From positions 1-30,078 of the forward strand of contig CBFFRQ010000115.1 of the NCBI GenBank assembly GCA_965644315.1: a DNA stretch of 30,078 bases, in the 5' to 3' direction. Source of the stretch: Caecitellus pseudoparvulus. Its lineage: Eukaryota; Protista; Bigyra: Bicosoecida. Below are positions 9,208 to 17,868 of the stretch, one piece after another. Position 1 is the first letter of the stretch, and every line of letters begins with the position of its first letter. The position numbers and the translations under genes were made by a program. Below the pieces are notes generated by a model that saw nothing but the letters and a program-made list of their open reading frames with translations, ran no database searches and was not told the origin of the DNA.

Positions 9208-11208
9208 TTACACTCGCGCTTTTCGCTTAGCCCGTGGCTTGTGTGCTACAGAGCTCCTGCGGCGCTTCACTCGACCCAGCGATGCTGCTGCCCTGCCTGC
9301 TTTCCGTGCTCGGGGGGCACGAGCTTTTTTGGGTGGTCGCGAAAGCGTGCCTTCGGCTTCACAAGCCGCAGCCAATAGTCCCCCGTGCTTGGCAAGGCCA
9401 TCGCCATCCGCACCGCGCATACCTGCAAGCTGCACGTGGTGCTCCATGTCGCTTGAAGCACTTTCGGGGGTGACGGGCAGCTCAGTTTCAATGGCAGACC
9501 CTGGGTGGTCCATCTCATCAGCTGCACGAGGGTGGACCCTACAGCTCTCACAGTAGCGGTATATCAGTAGACTGCGAAGCGCAATGTTGGTGCCCAGATC
9601 TTCCAACCACCCGGCGTCAATTGCGTCGCCTATCCACGCGTTCGCTTCTTCGTGGGCTGATGCTTCGACAGCCAACACGCTCCTGCCAGTCTTGTTCGCG
9701 TCAGCGTGGAGCACGTCATCTGAAGGGACAAGGCTCTGAACGAGCTTCTGTCTCCGCACGACAACGGTAGCAGGAACAAACGTCAGAAGAGAGTCACTAC
9801 GCAGCCAGACGGACATTTCGGGATCCAGCACTGACAGGAAAGCGCTAATCACACGAAGTTTGGTTGGACAGCTTGCCTGTACAATGCGCTGTTCTTCACA
9901 CACCTCAGGCGCAGGCCATGACGTCAAAGATGACAAGCCCGGCCCGGCCAACTCCTGTGTCAACTCCTGCACACGCCGCGGACTGTGGCCGCACACCTTT
10001 AGCACATGCTCCAAAAATGCTTCCAGCAGACCGTGCGGGCTCCCGTCGTCTGTGCCCTCCGGACAAAACTGGCTCAGCTTGTCCAAGGCTCTTGCCGTCT
10101 TTAAATTGCCAGGGTCTGGCCGCCACGCAGCATCCCGCGTGTACAAGTCGAAGGGTGGGCCTGAAGCGCTGCCTACATGTGAAAGAATGTAGGCCATGAG
10201 CGATTCTCGCGTCCAGCGGCAACTCTGTAATCGAAGGTGGGTGAGCTGGTCGCCCCAGTTACGGCGCATGTGCGCATGGGTGTACTCCGGCGGAAAGGCA
10301 TCCCGCCGGCTGCCAGAGTTGAAGAGCAGGTGTGTTCGGGAGAACCTTGTGCAAAGCACCATGCCAATGGCGGAGTTTCTTATGCGAGACACGGCATCAA
10401 AGCCATTCAGCCATGTCGCAGCACATGCAGCTGAGAAATGCCCGTCTTGAAACACACACTCGGCTTCGTCAACGAAGACAATCACACCTACACCCGACAT
10501 TTTCAACAGGGCGCTTGCTACGCTCATTTTAGTTTGTGTTGAGGTAAGTAGCGCAAAAGGCCCATGGGTCACTCTCGGTGCGAAGTCTTTGATCTTGTCT
10601 GGCGCAGCCCCAGACAGCTCAGACAGCGTCTGAGCGAGCCCCAAGCGCTGCTTTGCCGCGCGCAGATGATCCACGATCATGCCCAGCAGACACGTGTCAA
10701 ATTGGTCACAATCCGATGCTGTGTGCGCAGCCAAGTCAAGATAACAGCAGATAGTCAGCTTATCGCCATCCGATGAGACTGCCGCTTGGGCAGCGTGAGC
10801 GTGGGCAGCAAAGGTTTGGAAGAGGTATGTCTTGCCGATGCCCCGCGGGCCTGAAAGCAAGTATGCTCCGGATATGGCTGCATCGAGGTGTTGTTTTGCC
10901 GCGAGGTAGCGCAGTAAATCCAGCTCGGGGAGCAGGTGTGGCAGGGGGAGCACCACTGGAAGATGAGGGTTCTCTACCAGCCCACGCCACAGCGCCCGCT
11001 GTTCCTCCGGGTACCACCTCACACGTGACAGGTACAGGTGCTCGAAGGGGCCAACTGGGGTCTTTGCATCGTATCGGTACCCAGATCCTGGAACGCCTGG
11101 AAAACTGGTGTAGACAAAGTCACTGGCCTCCTCGTCTCCACCCGCAATTCCGCAGCTGCTTCCCACACCTGCGAGCTGAATCACCGCAGATGAGACAGCC
11201 GTCCCCAT
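9208..11208 (-). CDS. Stand-alone P-loop NTPase (AAA+/STAND-like), 666 aa
   Basis: Walker A YLLSGPRGIGKT (~10828-10863) and Walker B VIVFVDEAE (~10459-10485). GHSPRRV and a winged-helix-like end (AIDAGWLEDLGTNIALRS) follow. N-terminus MGTAVS; basic C-terminal tail. Uninterrupted ATG-to-TAA frame. Confidence 0.8.
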   Translation of the reverse strand: MGTAVSSAVIQLAGVGSSCGIAGGDEEASDFVYTSFPGVPGSGYRYDAKTPVGPFEHLYLSRVRWYPEEQRALWRGLVENPHLPVVLPLPHLLPELDLLRYLAAKQHLDAAISGAYLLSGPRGIGKTYLFQTFAAHAHAAQAAVSSDGDKLTICCYLDLAAHTASDCDQFDTCLLGMIVDHLRAAKQRLGLAQTLSELSGAAPDKIKDFAPRVTHGPFALLTSTQTKMSVASALLKMSGVGVIVFVDEAECVFQDGHFSAACAATWLNGFDAVSRIRNSAIGMVLCTRFSRTHLLFNSGSRRDAFPPEYTHAHMRRNWGDQLTHLRLQSCRWTRESLMAYILSHVGSASGPPFDLYTRDAAWRPDPGNLKTARALDKLSQFCPEGTDDGSPHGLLEAFLEHVLKVCGHSPRRVQELTQELAGPGLSSLTSWPAPEVCEEQRIVQASCPTKLRVISAFLSVLDPEMSVWLRSDSLLTFVPATVVVRRQKLVQSLVPSDDVLHADANKTGRSVLAVEASAHEEANAWIGDAIDAGWLEDLGTNIALRSLLIYRYCESCRVHPRAADEMDHPGSAIETELPVTPESASSDMEHHVQLAGMRGADGDGLAKHGGLLAAACEAEGTLSRPPKKARAPRARKAGRAAASLGRVKRRRSSVAHKPRAKRKARV

Positions 11209-11749
11209 TAGTTTGCTGCTATGCCCAGCCTGCTTGTATGACGGGCGTGTCCGTGAACACTCGGGTGGCTGCAGTGCGGCACAGCGTAAGTGTGAAGCAG
11301 TTGAACCCCTGCGGAATATGCCTTGAAACGCAATGAAACGCGCGGCCTCAAATCAGCCGAGTTGCGCGTTGCATACAATGCAGATTGTGATCGAGATGTC
11401 CTTTCGTAAGTTTGAAAAGAAGACTTTGAAGAGGAATTTGATACTGATGACTAGGGCTGGTCTTCGCGTGCTCACTTGCGCAAGGAGAACGCAAAGAGTC
11501 CTGCAGCGTTGAGAGCAGCGCCAAGCCTGAAGAATCTTTGCATGGCAGCAGGCACTGCAAAAGGAAAAAGGCTTACAAATCACATTTCGAGCTCCCTATG
11601 TAAGCCTTCGCTGCAACTGTGTTTTTTGTGAGCTGGAGTGTGAGTTCAGCAGACTTGCGCCTGTGACAGTTTGAGGAGTCTCTGTGAGGATGGCACCCGT
11701 GGTGGGCCATCTGACGCGGAGGGGCCAAGGTAAAGCACCGCCCTGGCTG

Positions 11750-12110
11750 TTGATGAGCTTGCATGGCTGGGGTAGAGCCTGCTGCAAGAGTCCCTGCGCA
11801 AAGGGGTGGTGTCCCTGGCCCACGCGGAGGAGGGCGTCGGCCGCCTTGACCTGGTCCCCCGCTTGAACCTGATCACACCCTGCCCACGACGTGCTTCTTG
11901 GCCCAGCGCACGGCTTGAGCCAGTGCATGCTGCACCTCAGGATATACACCGATAGAGGGGTGCTTCCTGCAGAGTGCCCTTTTCCAGGAGTTTACCTTGT
12001 GTTTGAAGGGCCGCGTGAGGTCTCGCCAGGAGGCTGCGTGGACCTTGACCGTGCCTTCGCGGCCGTGCACGGCGGAGCACTCCCACAGGCGATTGGCACA
12101 CATGATGTAC
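11750..12110 (-). pseudogene. Degenerate fragment of a transposase from the same family as the 2-5005 element
   Basis: LWECSAVHGREGTVKVHAASWRDLTRPFKHKVNSWKRALCRKHPSIGVYPEVQHALAQAVRWAKKHVVGRV aligns ungapped with LWENYVAHRREGMVKVQKAFWRDLMRPFEDKVDSW*EKLFKKHASLGECPEVQHALAQAVRRARKHIVGNV (~2660-2870). Weaker similarity continues after a frameshift (QVKAADALL..QALPQ vs SVKALRDAIL..QALAR). Confidence 0.85.
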
Positions 12111-12299
12111 ATAGTGAGACGTGTCGGAGGGCGAGGGCTATGCAGCCGACGAAGTTGGATTCAGCTTGCGTGTGGGGAGTGCGCTCGCAGAGGCTAAGTT
12201 GACGCCATGCCGGGCTGGGCCATGGCTTGAACTGCCGCTTTGGGGCTTGAGGCAGCTTTATGAACTAGAGTTCACCCTGACGTGCTCCTATGGGACGCG

Positions 12300-12720
12300 A
12301 AGCTTGCGCCCTGGCTTTGCATTCCCTGGCAGTGGTGTATGGGTGGGACTATCTTGGCGTTGTTGGTTGTGTGAGCGGCTATCCTATGGTATGGCATGCC
12401 AACTCGCTGCCGGACAATTGCCGAGGCCGGCTTTGACCAAACTCAAAGCCTGTCCATGCTCGTTTCCGGCGTATCTCTTCGCTCCGTGCCCCCGTCGGCC
12501 TTGCGCTGCCAGTGCTTCAGAGACCACAAGCCAAGCTGGCCACACTCTTCGCCGTGGCACAACTCAAACCAAACCTTGCCAGGGGTACCGGAAATTCAGC
12601 CTGGCATCCAGCAGGTAAGGACATCCTTCAGCTCGATGTCGGCGTGAACCTTTCTTCCCGTGTATCTTGTCAGGAGGTGGTGCGTGCAGCGTTGGCGTGT
12701 CACTTGCCGTTGCGATTTCC
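12300..12720 (-). pseudogene. Possible relic of a second, canonical MULE-type transposase
   Basis: One frame with two stops contains QRCTHHL (CxxH, ~12688) and, ~110 codons later, VWSK...HTTNNAK (~12355-12373). This matches the CxxH..W..TNNxE spacing of Mutator transposases, with K in place of the catalytic E. Confidence 0.35.
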
Positions 12721-12930
12721 GCATATGGAGCCCTGCCGCATTCTTCTCACAAAGACTGGCGCAGCGGCTGCGTCTGCATTTCCACAGGTTTGACGTCGAC
12801 ATCGGTTTAATCCTTCCCTTGCTGCATACCTGTTGCTCATCTGCGCAACATTTTGGAGCTTCACTCACACGAGCCTGTTTCCACCTGTGGCTCCAACTTC
12901 GGCGTCGTTTGCATCCTGGCGTCACGTATC

Positions 12931-13866
12931 ATGGCAACCTTAGATGATCCGGCACAGCTCAAAACCCAATGGAAAGCCGCTTGTGAAAGAAGTGATGTTT
13001 TTCAGCTGTGGCTTATCTTGGGGCGAGTCAGCGCTCAGTCTTCATCTTTGGCAGAGACGCTGGACAGTTCAGACACAACAGATGGGTTTCTAGTCGCTTG
13101 CCGATGGGGGGAGGTGGAGTTGATGCGTGAACTGCTAGCCCTGGCAGGTGATCTTGCGGTGGATGTGCACGCGCCAGATGGGGGTGGGCCTGAGGCCGCC
13201 TTCCGAGCCGCATGCACCAATGGGGACACAGACGTTGTGTGCGAGCTGCTGGCCCTCACTGGGGCGCGGGAAGTGGATGTGCATGCGGCGGATCGGGCTG
13301 GACCCGAGGCCGCCTTCCGAGCCGCATGCTGCCTTGGCCGTGCAGACGTCGTGTGTGAGCTGCTGGCCCTCACTGGGGCGCGGGAAGTGGATGTGCACGC
13401 GGCGGATCGGGCTGGACCCGAGGCCGCCTTCCGAGAGGCATGCCGTGGTGGCTACACAGACGTCGTACGAATTTTGTTGGGCCTCACCGGGGCGCGAGAA
13501 GTGGATGTGAATGTGTCAGATTGGGCTGGACCTGAGGCCGCCTTCCGAGGAGCATGCGAGAGTGGCCGCACAGACGTCGTGCGTGAGCTGCTGGCCCTGA
13601 CTGGGGCGCGGGAAGTAGATGTGCATGCGGAGTATTTGGGGAAGCCTGATGCCGCTTTTCGGTTGGCATGCAGGAAAGACCATACAGACACCATGCGAGA
13701 GCTACTCGCCCTCACTGGTGACAGAGCCATCCCACTTCAGGCCTGGCAGCAAGAAGGGGAGTCTGCCACGCAAGCTGCGCGTGATGCGGTGTGGGCTGGC
13801 ACCAGCACTCGGCGTGGGCGGCGTGCGATGCTCATGCTAAAAACTCGTGGTGCGGGATGTGCGTGA
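12931..13866 (+). CDS. Ankyrin-repeat protein A, 311 aa, six 38-aa repeats
   Basis: 114-nt periodicity (ttccga at 13201, 13315, 13429). Consensus FRxACxxGxxDVVRELLALTGAREVDVHAxDxxGPEAA. ATG at 12931 chosen by alignment with the N-termini of the two paralogs. Confidence 0.88.
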   Translation: MATLDDPAQLKTQWKAACERSDVFQLWLILGRVSAQSSSLAETLDSSDTTDGFLVACRWGEVELMRELLALAGDLAVDVHAPDGGGPEAAFRAACTNGDTDVVCELLALTGAREVDVHAADRAGPEAAFRAACCLGRADVVCELLALTGAREVDVHAADRAGPEAAFREACRGGYTDVVRILLGLTGAREVDVNVSDWAGPEAAFRGACESGRTDVVRELLALTGAREVDVHAEYLGKPDAAFRLACRKDHTDTMRELLALTGDRAIPLQAWQQEGESATQAARDAVWAGTSTRRGRRAMLMLKTRGAGCA

Positions 13867-14665
13867 GGAACGGTCCCAATGCAGTCACCAATTGCGACAG
13901 CGCTTTTTCCTCTCGCACATCCTCCAACTCCCCAGGCGCCCAGCCAGAATCCTGCATTGCAGAACAGCACCAACTTTCAGCGTTTGAACGGCATTCAAGA
14001 CATTACTATGCCCACTGCTTAGAATGTGGCGTCATTTTGTCTTTTAAGGCACGCAAACATGTGCATCTCGCACATTTCGTCGCTGCCAAGCACACCCGAG
14101 CAGCTGGGAACGTTACAGAGACGTGCATCCTGCAAGGCAGCATCAGCACCTCTCTCTGTAGCAGCACAGCACACTAACAGAGATCCACACCTTCCGGTTG
14201 AGAGGTGCAGTCAATGAAGGCGTCGCCGATCTCCGCGACGCCACGAAACACCCTCCAGACGAGCTCGCCCCTTCCCGCTCTTAACAACACTCGCAGCCTC
14301 GCCCTACCCGCTGTCTATCACACTGCAAAGTGGCAGTCGGGCGTTGAATCCCGTGGCAAGGTGTGGCAAGGTCAGGGGTACCGGCACAGCAGCTGGTGTG
14401 GCCTTGCAACCACGCAGTTGCCCCCAGCACCGCCGTCCCACTGCCTGACATGCGCTCACAACCTTAGCTGTGTGCAGCATGGTTGGCTTGGGTGTGAAGT
14501 GCCACCACCTCAGTGAGGGGAGAAAGCGTATGCTTTGAAGGCAGTGCTGTGTCTGCAAAGGCACCCTGCTTGGAAGTCACAAGTTAAACGCTGGGACCTG
14601 TTTCCCGCACCATAGGGATCCAGGCAAGCCTCACGACTGACCCCATGCTTCTGACTTTTCGACAA

Positions 14666-15802
14666 TTATGCAGTGCTATTCGCTGCTCTGAATAGCAGCA
14701 GTGTCCTGCGCCCGTTGCGAGTGCTTGTACCGTCCCAGACCGCGTCCTTTGCCGCCTGAAGGGCTTCCCTTGCTAGCTTGCGCCTGGCTCGATTTGGCAC
14801 AGCACGGATGCCAGTCAGGGCAGACAGCTCTCGGAGCACAGCAATTTGACGGCGCCTGTGCGCTTCACAAAAGGCAGCGTCGGGTCCTTTCTCGTCTCTT
14901 GCGCGTACATCAACGGCTCTTTCGCCCGACAGGCTCAACAGCTCCCGCACCACGTCCACCTGGCCAGCCGCACAGGCAACGCGAAAGGAGGCCTCAGTCC
15001 CCCGCCTGTCCTTGGCGTGCACGTCAACCTTTCGGCCACCGTTGAGCGCGAGAAGGATCTTCACAACATTCAAGTGGCCGCCTTGACATGCCAGCCGGAA
15101 GCTGGACTCCAGCCCCTGGTGGTCGGCAGCGTTCACGGCCACTTCCCTGGGCGCTGACAGGGACAGCAGCTCGCGCACAACGCAAGCATGCCCACATTGG
15201 CAAGCCAATCGAAAGCCTGCATCACTGCCCATGTTGTCATTTGCCCGCACATTCACCCTGCGGCTTCCAGTCAGCGCCAGCAACTCACGCACGATTGGGA
15301 CGTGGCCGCCAGCGCAAGCCCACCTGAAGCCAGCCTCTGGACCAGCGTTGTCACCTGCGTGCACATCGACCGCAGCATCTCCAGTCAAAGCAAGGAGTTC
15401 TCGCACAACTCCAAGGTGGCCATTGGCACAGGCCAGCTGAAAGGCAAGCTCACTCCTCGCGTGGACATCAACACGCCGAGCTCCTCCCAGCGCCAACAGC
15501 TCCCGCACAATCTCCACGTGGCCCTGCAAGCACGCCTCTCGAAAGCCAGCCTCTGGTCCACCCCTGTCGCCAACGTGCACATCCACTTCTTGGCTTCCTG
15601 ACAGTGCAAGCAGCTCACGGAGCAAATGAAGGTTGCCTTTCCGTCACGCCAACAGGAAGCTCTCATTCGTCTCTTCGCTTGTCAGTCCTTCCACAAATGA
15701 CACAGCTTTCTGGCAAGTCCCTCGTATGATATCCAGCATGAGCCCATCATCGCTTGTGCAGCAAGCCTCGCTCCATAGCGCGGATGCGTCTGCAAAGTCC
15801 AT
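14666..15802 (-). pseudogene. Ankyrin-repeat protein B, eight repeats, in-frame TGA at 15646-15644
   Basis: ORFs 15644-15853 and 14666-15625 share a frame: ESFLLA*RKGNLHLLRELLAL vs DGFLVACRWGEVELMRELLAL in paralog A. It has the same N-cap (WxxAC..S) and C-terminal AVWxGTSTRxGRR motif as the paralogs. Confidence 0.82.
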
Positions 15803-16186
15803 ATCGTGCGATTTGGCGTGGTGGGTCAGATTCCGCACCAAGACCTTCTTCACCGTGTTAGGCTGACGCAGCTTGGAAAGAGCCGAGTAGGCCCCACAGT
15901 AAATTTACCTGTGCTCTGTAATTGATCTGATCCAGTGCGTTCCCGTTTGGTCTACGTTTGATCGAGGGCGAAGTCGAGGAATTTGTCATGGGGCATGGCC
16001 TGCGCTCTGCAGATTCTCAACAACAGCAATTGCTGCATCCCCACAATTTTCAGCGAAAAGATACGCATCCTACTCACTTGGCCATTCTTGTTTTGATTTA
16101 TCGTGTAGTAAGGCCTGAAAATTGCCCCGCAGGACCCCTGAGCTGCCGCGGCAGCCTCGGAAATTGAACCACATCGTGCTCTCTAC
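15803..16186. promoter_or_regulatory. Candidate bidirectional promoter between ankyrin genes B and C
   Basis: 384-bp, more AT-rich spacer between head-to-head ATGs; positional inference only. Confidence 0.35.
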
Positions 16187-17614
16187 ATGGCAGCTTTGGA
16201 AGCCACAGCACAGCCCGCAGCCCAGTGGAGAGCAGCTTGTAAACAAAGCAATGTAGACAAACTGTGGAGCATCCTGCAGCAAGTTAGCTTCCAGCCCCCA
16301 CCCATATTTGGGGCGGTGGCTTGTGCTGAAACAACAGCTGGTTTTCAGGTTGCATGCAAAGTGGGGCATTTGGAGCTGATGCGAGGCCTGCTGGCACTGA
16401 CAGGTGATCTGAAGGTTGATGTGCACGCAGCAGATAGGTATGGGCCTGAATCTGCCTTCCGGGCCGCATGCAACAGGGGCCACCTTGGCAGTGTACGTGA
16501 GCTGCTCGCCCTCACTGGAGAGAATGCCGTGGATGTGCATGCAGATGATGGGCAAGGAGCTGAGAATGCCTTCCGCGGAGCATGTATTGGCGGCAAGGTA
16601 AACATTGTGCGTGAGCTGTTGGGCCTGACTGGGGCCAGGGCAGTGGATGTGCACGCAGGTGATGGGAGCGGGCCGGAGGCTGCTTTTCGATGGGCATGCC
16701 GCATGGGCTATACAGACATCGTGCGTGAGCTGCTTGCTATTGAAGGGGTTCGGGAAGTGGACGTACATGCAGAGGATGGCGAGGGTCCAGAGGCTGCCTT
16801 CCGCTGGGCGTGCGCAGAGGGTCACACGGAAATCGTGCATGAGCTGCTCGGTTTGAGCGGGCACAGAGAAGTGGATGTGCACGCAGCAGATTGGGATGGG
16901 CCTGAGGCTGCTTTTCGAGGTGCATGTGCCGAAGGCCATGTGGACATTGTGCGAGAGCTGCTGACTCTTCCCGGACACCGCCAGGTTGATGTGCACGCGG
17001 CGGGTTCGAGCGGGCGTGAGGAAGGGCTCCGGACAGCATGCGACCGCGGCCATACAGGCATCGTGCGCGAGTTGCTGCGGCTCTCTGGAGCCCGAACGGC
17101 GAATGCGCGCGCGCCAGATCAAGATGGACCCGAGGCAGCCTTCCGGCTGGCGTGCTCAAGCGGTCATGTGGACATTGTGCGGCAGCTACTGAGCCTATCC
17201 GGGCAGCAGGCTGTGGATGTCCATGCAGCCGATCGTCGGGGGTCAGAGGCCGCCTTTCGAGGTGCATGTGGCAATGGCCACCTTGATGTTGTACGCGTTC
17301 TCCTTGCTCTCACTGGAGACCGAGAAGTGGATGTTCATGCAGCCGATGGGCGCGGCGCTGAGGCTGCTTTCCGGTGCGCGTTTCGCCACAGGCACGAACA
17401 TGTCATGCGTGAACTTCTCGCCTTGACTGGTACCCGTTCCATCCCACCCTGTGCAAGGCAGCAAGCAGGACAGTCTGCAGTGCGCATTGCACGCGATGCA
17501 GTGTGGGCTGGCACCAGCACTCGGCACGGGAGGCGACCGATGCTCATGCTAAGGCTTCAGGGTTCGAAGTCAGCGAAGGCAGCCTCCCTGCGCTACTCTA
17601 CAACGCCATGGTAG
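16187..17614 (+). CDS. Ankyrin-repeat protein C, 475 aa, ten 38-aa repeats
   Basis: Same repeat consensus, N-cap and C-terminal ARDAVWAGTSTRHGRRPMLMLR motif as A and B. Confidence 0.9.
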   Translation: MAALEATAQPAAQWRAACKQSNVDKLWSILQQVSFQPPPIFGAVACAETTAGFQVACKVGHLELMRGLLALTGDLKVDVHAADRYGPESAFRAACNRGHLGSVRELLALTGENAVDVHADDGQGAENAFRGACIGGKVNIVRELLGLTGARAVDVHAGDGSGPEAAFRWACRMGYTDIVRELLAIEGVREVDVHAEDGEGPEAAFRWACAEGHTEIVHELLGLSGHREVDVHAADWDGPEAAFRGACAEGHVDIVRELLTLPGHRQVDVHAAGSSGREEGLRTACDRGHTGIVRELLRLSGARTANARAPDQDGPEAAFRLACSSGHVDIVRQLLSLSGQQAVDVHAADRRGSEAAFRGACGNGHLDVVRVLLALTGDREVDVHAADGRGAEAAFRCAFRHRHEHVMRELLALTGTRSIPPCARQQAGQSAVRIARDAVWAGTSTRHGRRPMLMLRLQGSKSAKAASLRYSTTPW

Positions 17615-17868
17615 TTGAGATGACAGCTAACCTTTGACGAAAGGTAGGTGCCTGCTCCACAAGCCCAAACGAGCGCCGATCCTTCACTGAACCTGAAAGC
17701 AACATTCATGAGATTTTCTGGAGAGCGGCTACCTGCCGAGTTGCAACTCGGCGCCCTTGACCCCCCCCCAGAAATTCTTATGACTGTACTGCGAAGTCAT
17801 GGCGCAACAATGCCACCGAGACACAGTGAAGTATGCGCCCGATGGTGAAGTGGGGACCATTTGCCCAC

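Noticed and set aside
12853-12930. TTG-initiated N-terminal extension of ankyrin gene A in the ORF track
   Set aside because: Eukaryotic gene; paralog alignment supports ATG 12931
13150-13720. 114-nt periodic repeat with variable intervals, superficially CRISPR-like
   Set aside because: In-frame coding ankyrin repeats with degenerate third positions; no cas genes; eukaryotic context
13867-14665. SECIS element or small gene between the convergent ankyrin genes A and B
   Set aside because: No clear AUGA-AA-GA stem-loop and no credible ORF seen; needs a covariance-model search to exclude fully
2762-15646. Alternative genetic code suggested by an in-frame TAA and an in-frame TGA
   Set aside because: Only one of each in many kb of coding sequence, and both codons terminate other genes here normally
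16070-17122. 350-aa repetitive minus-strand ORF (and similar ORFs at 13035-13730 and 14701-15601)
   Set aside because: Antisense or alternate-frame translations of the ankyrin repeats
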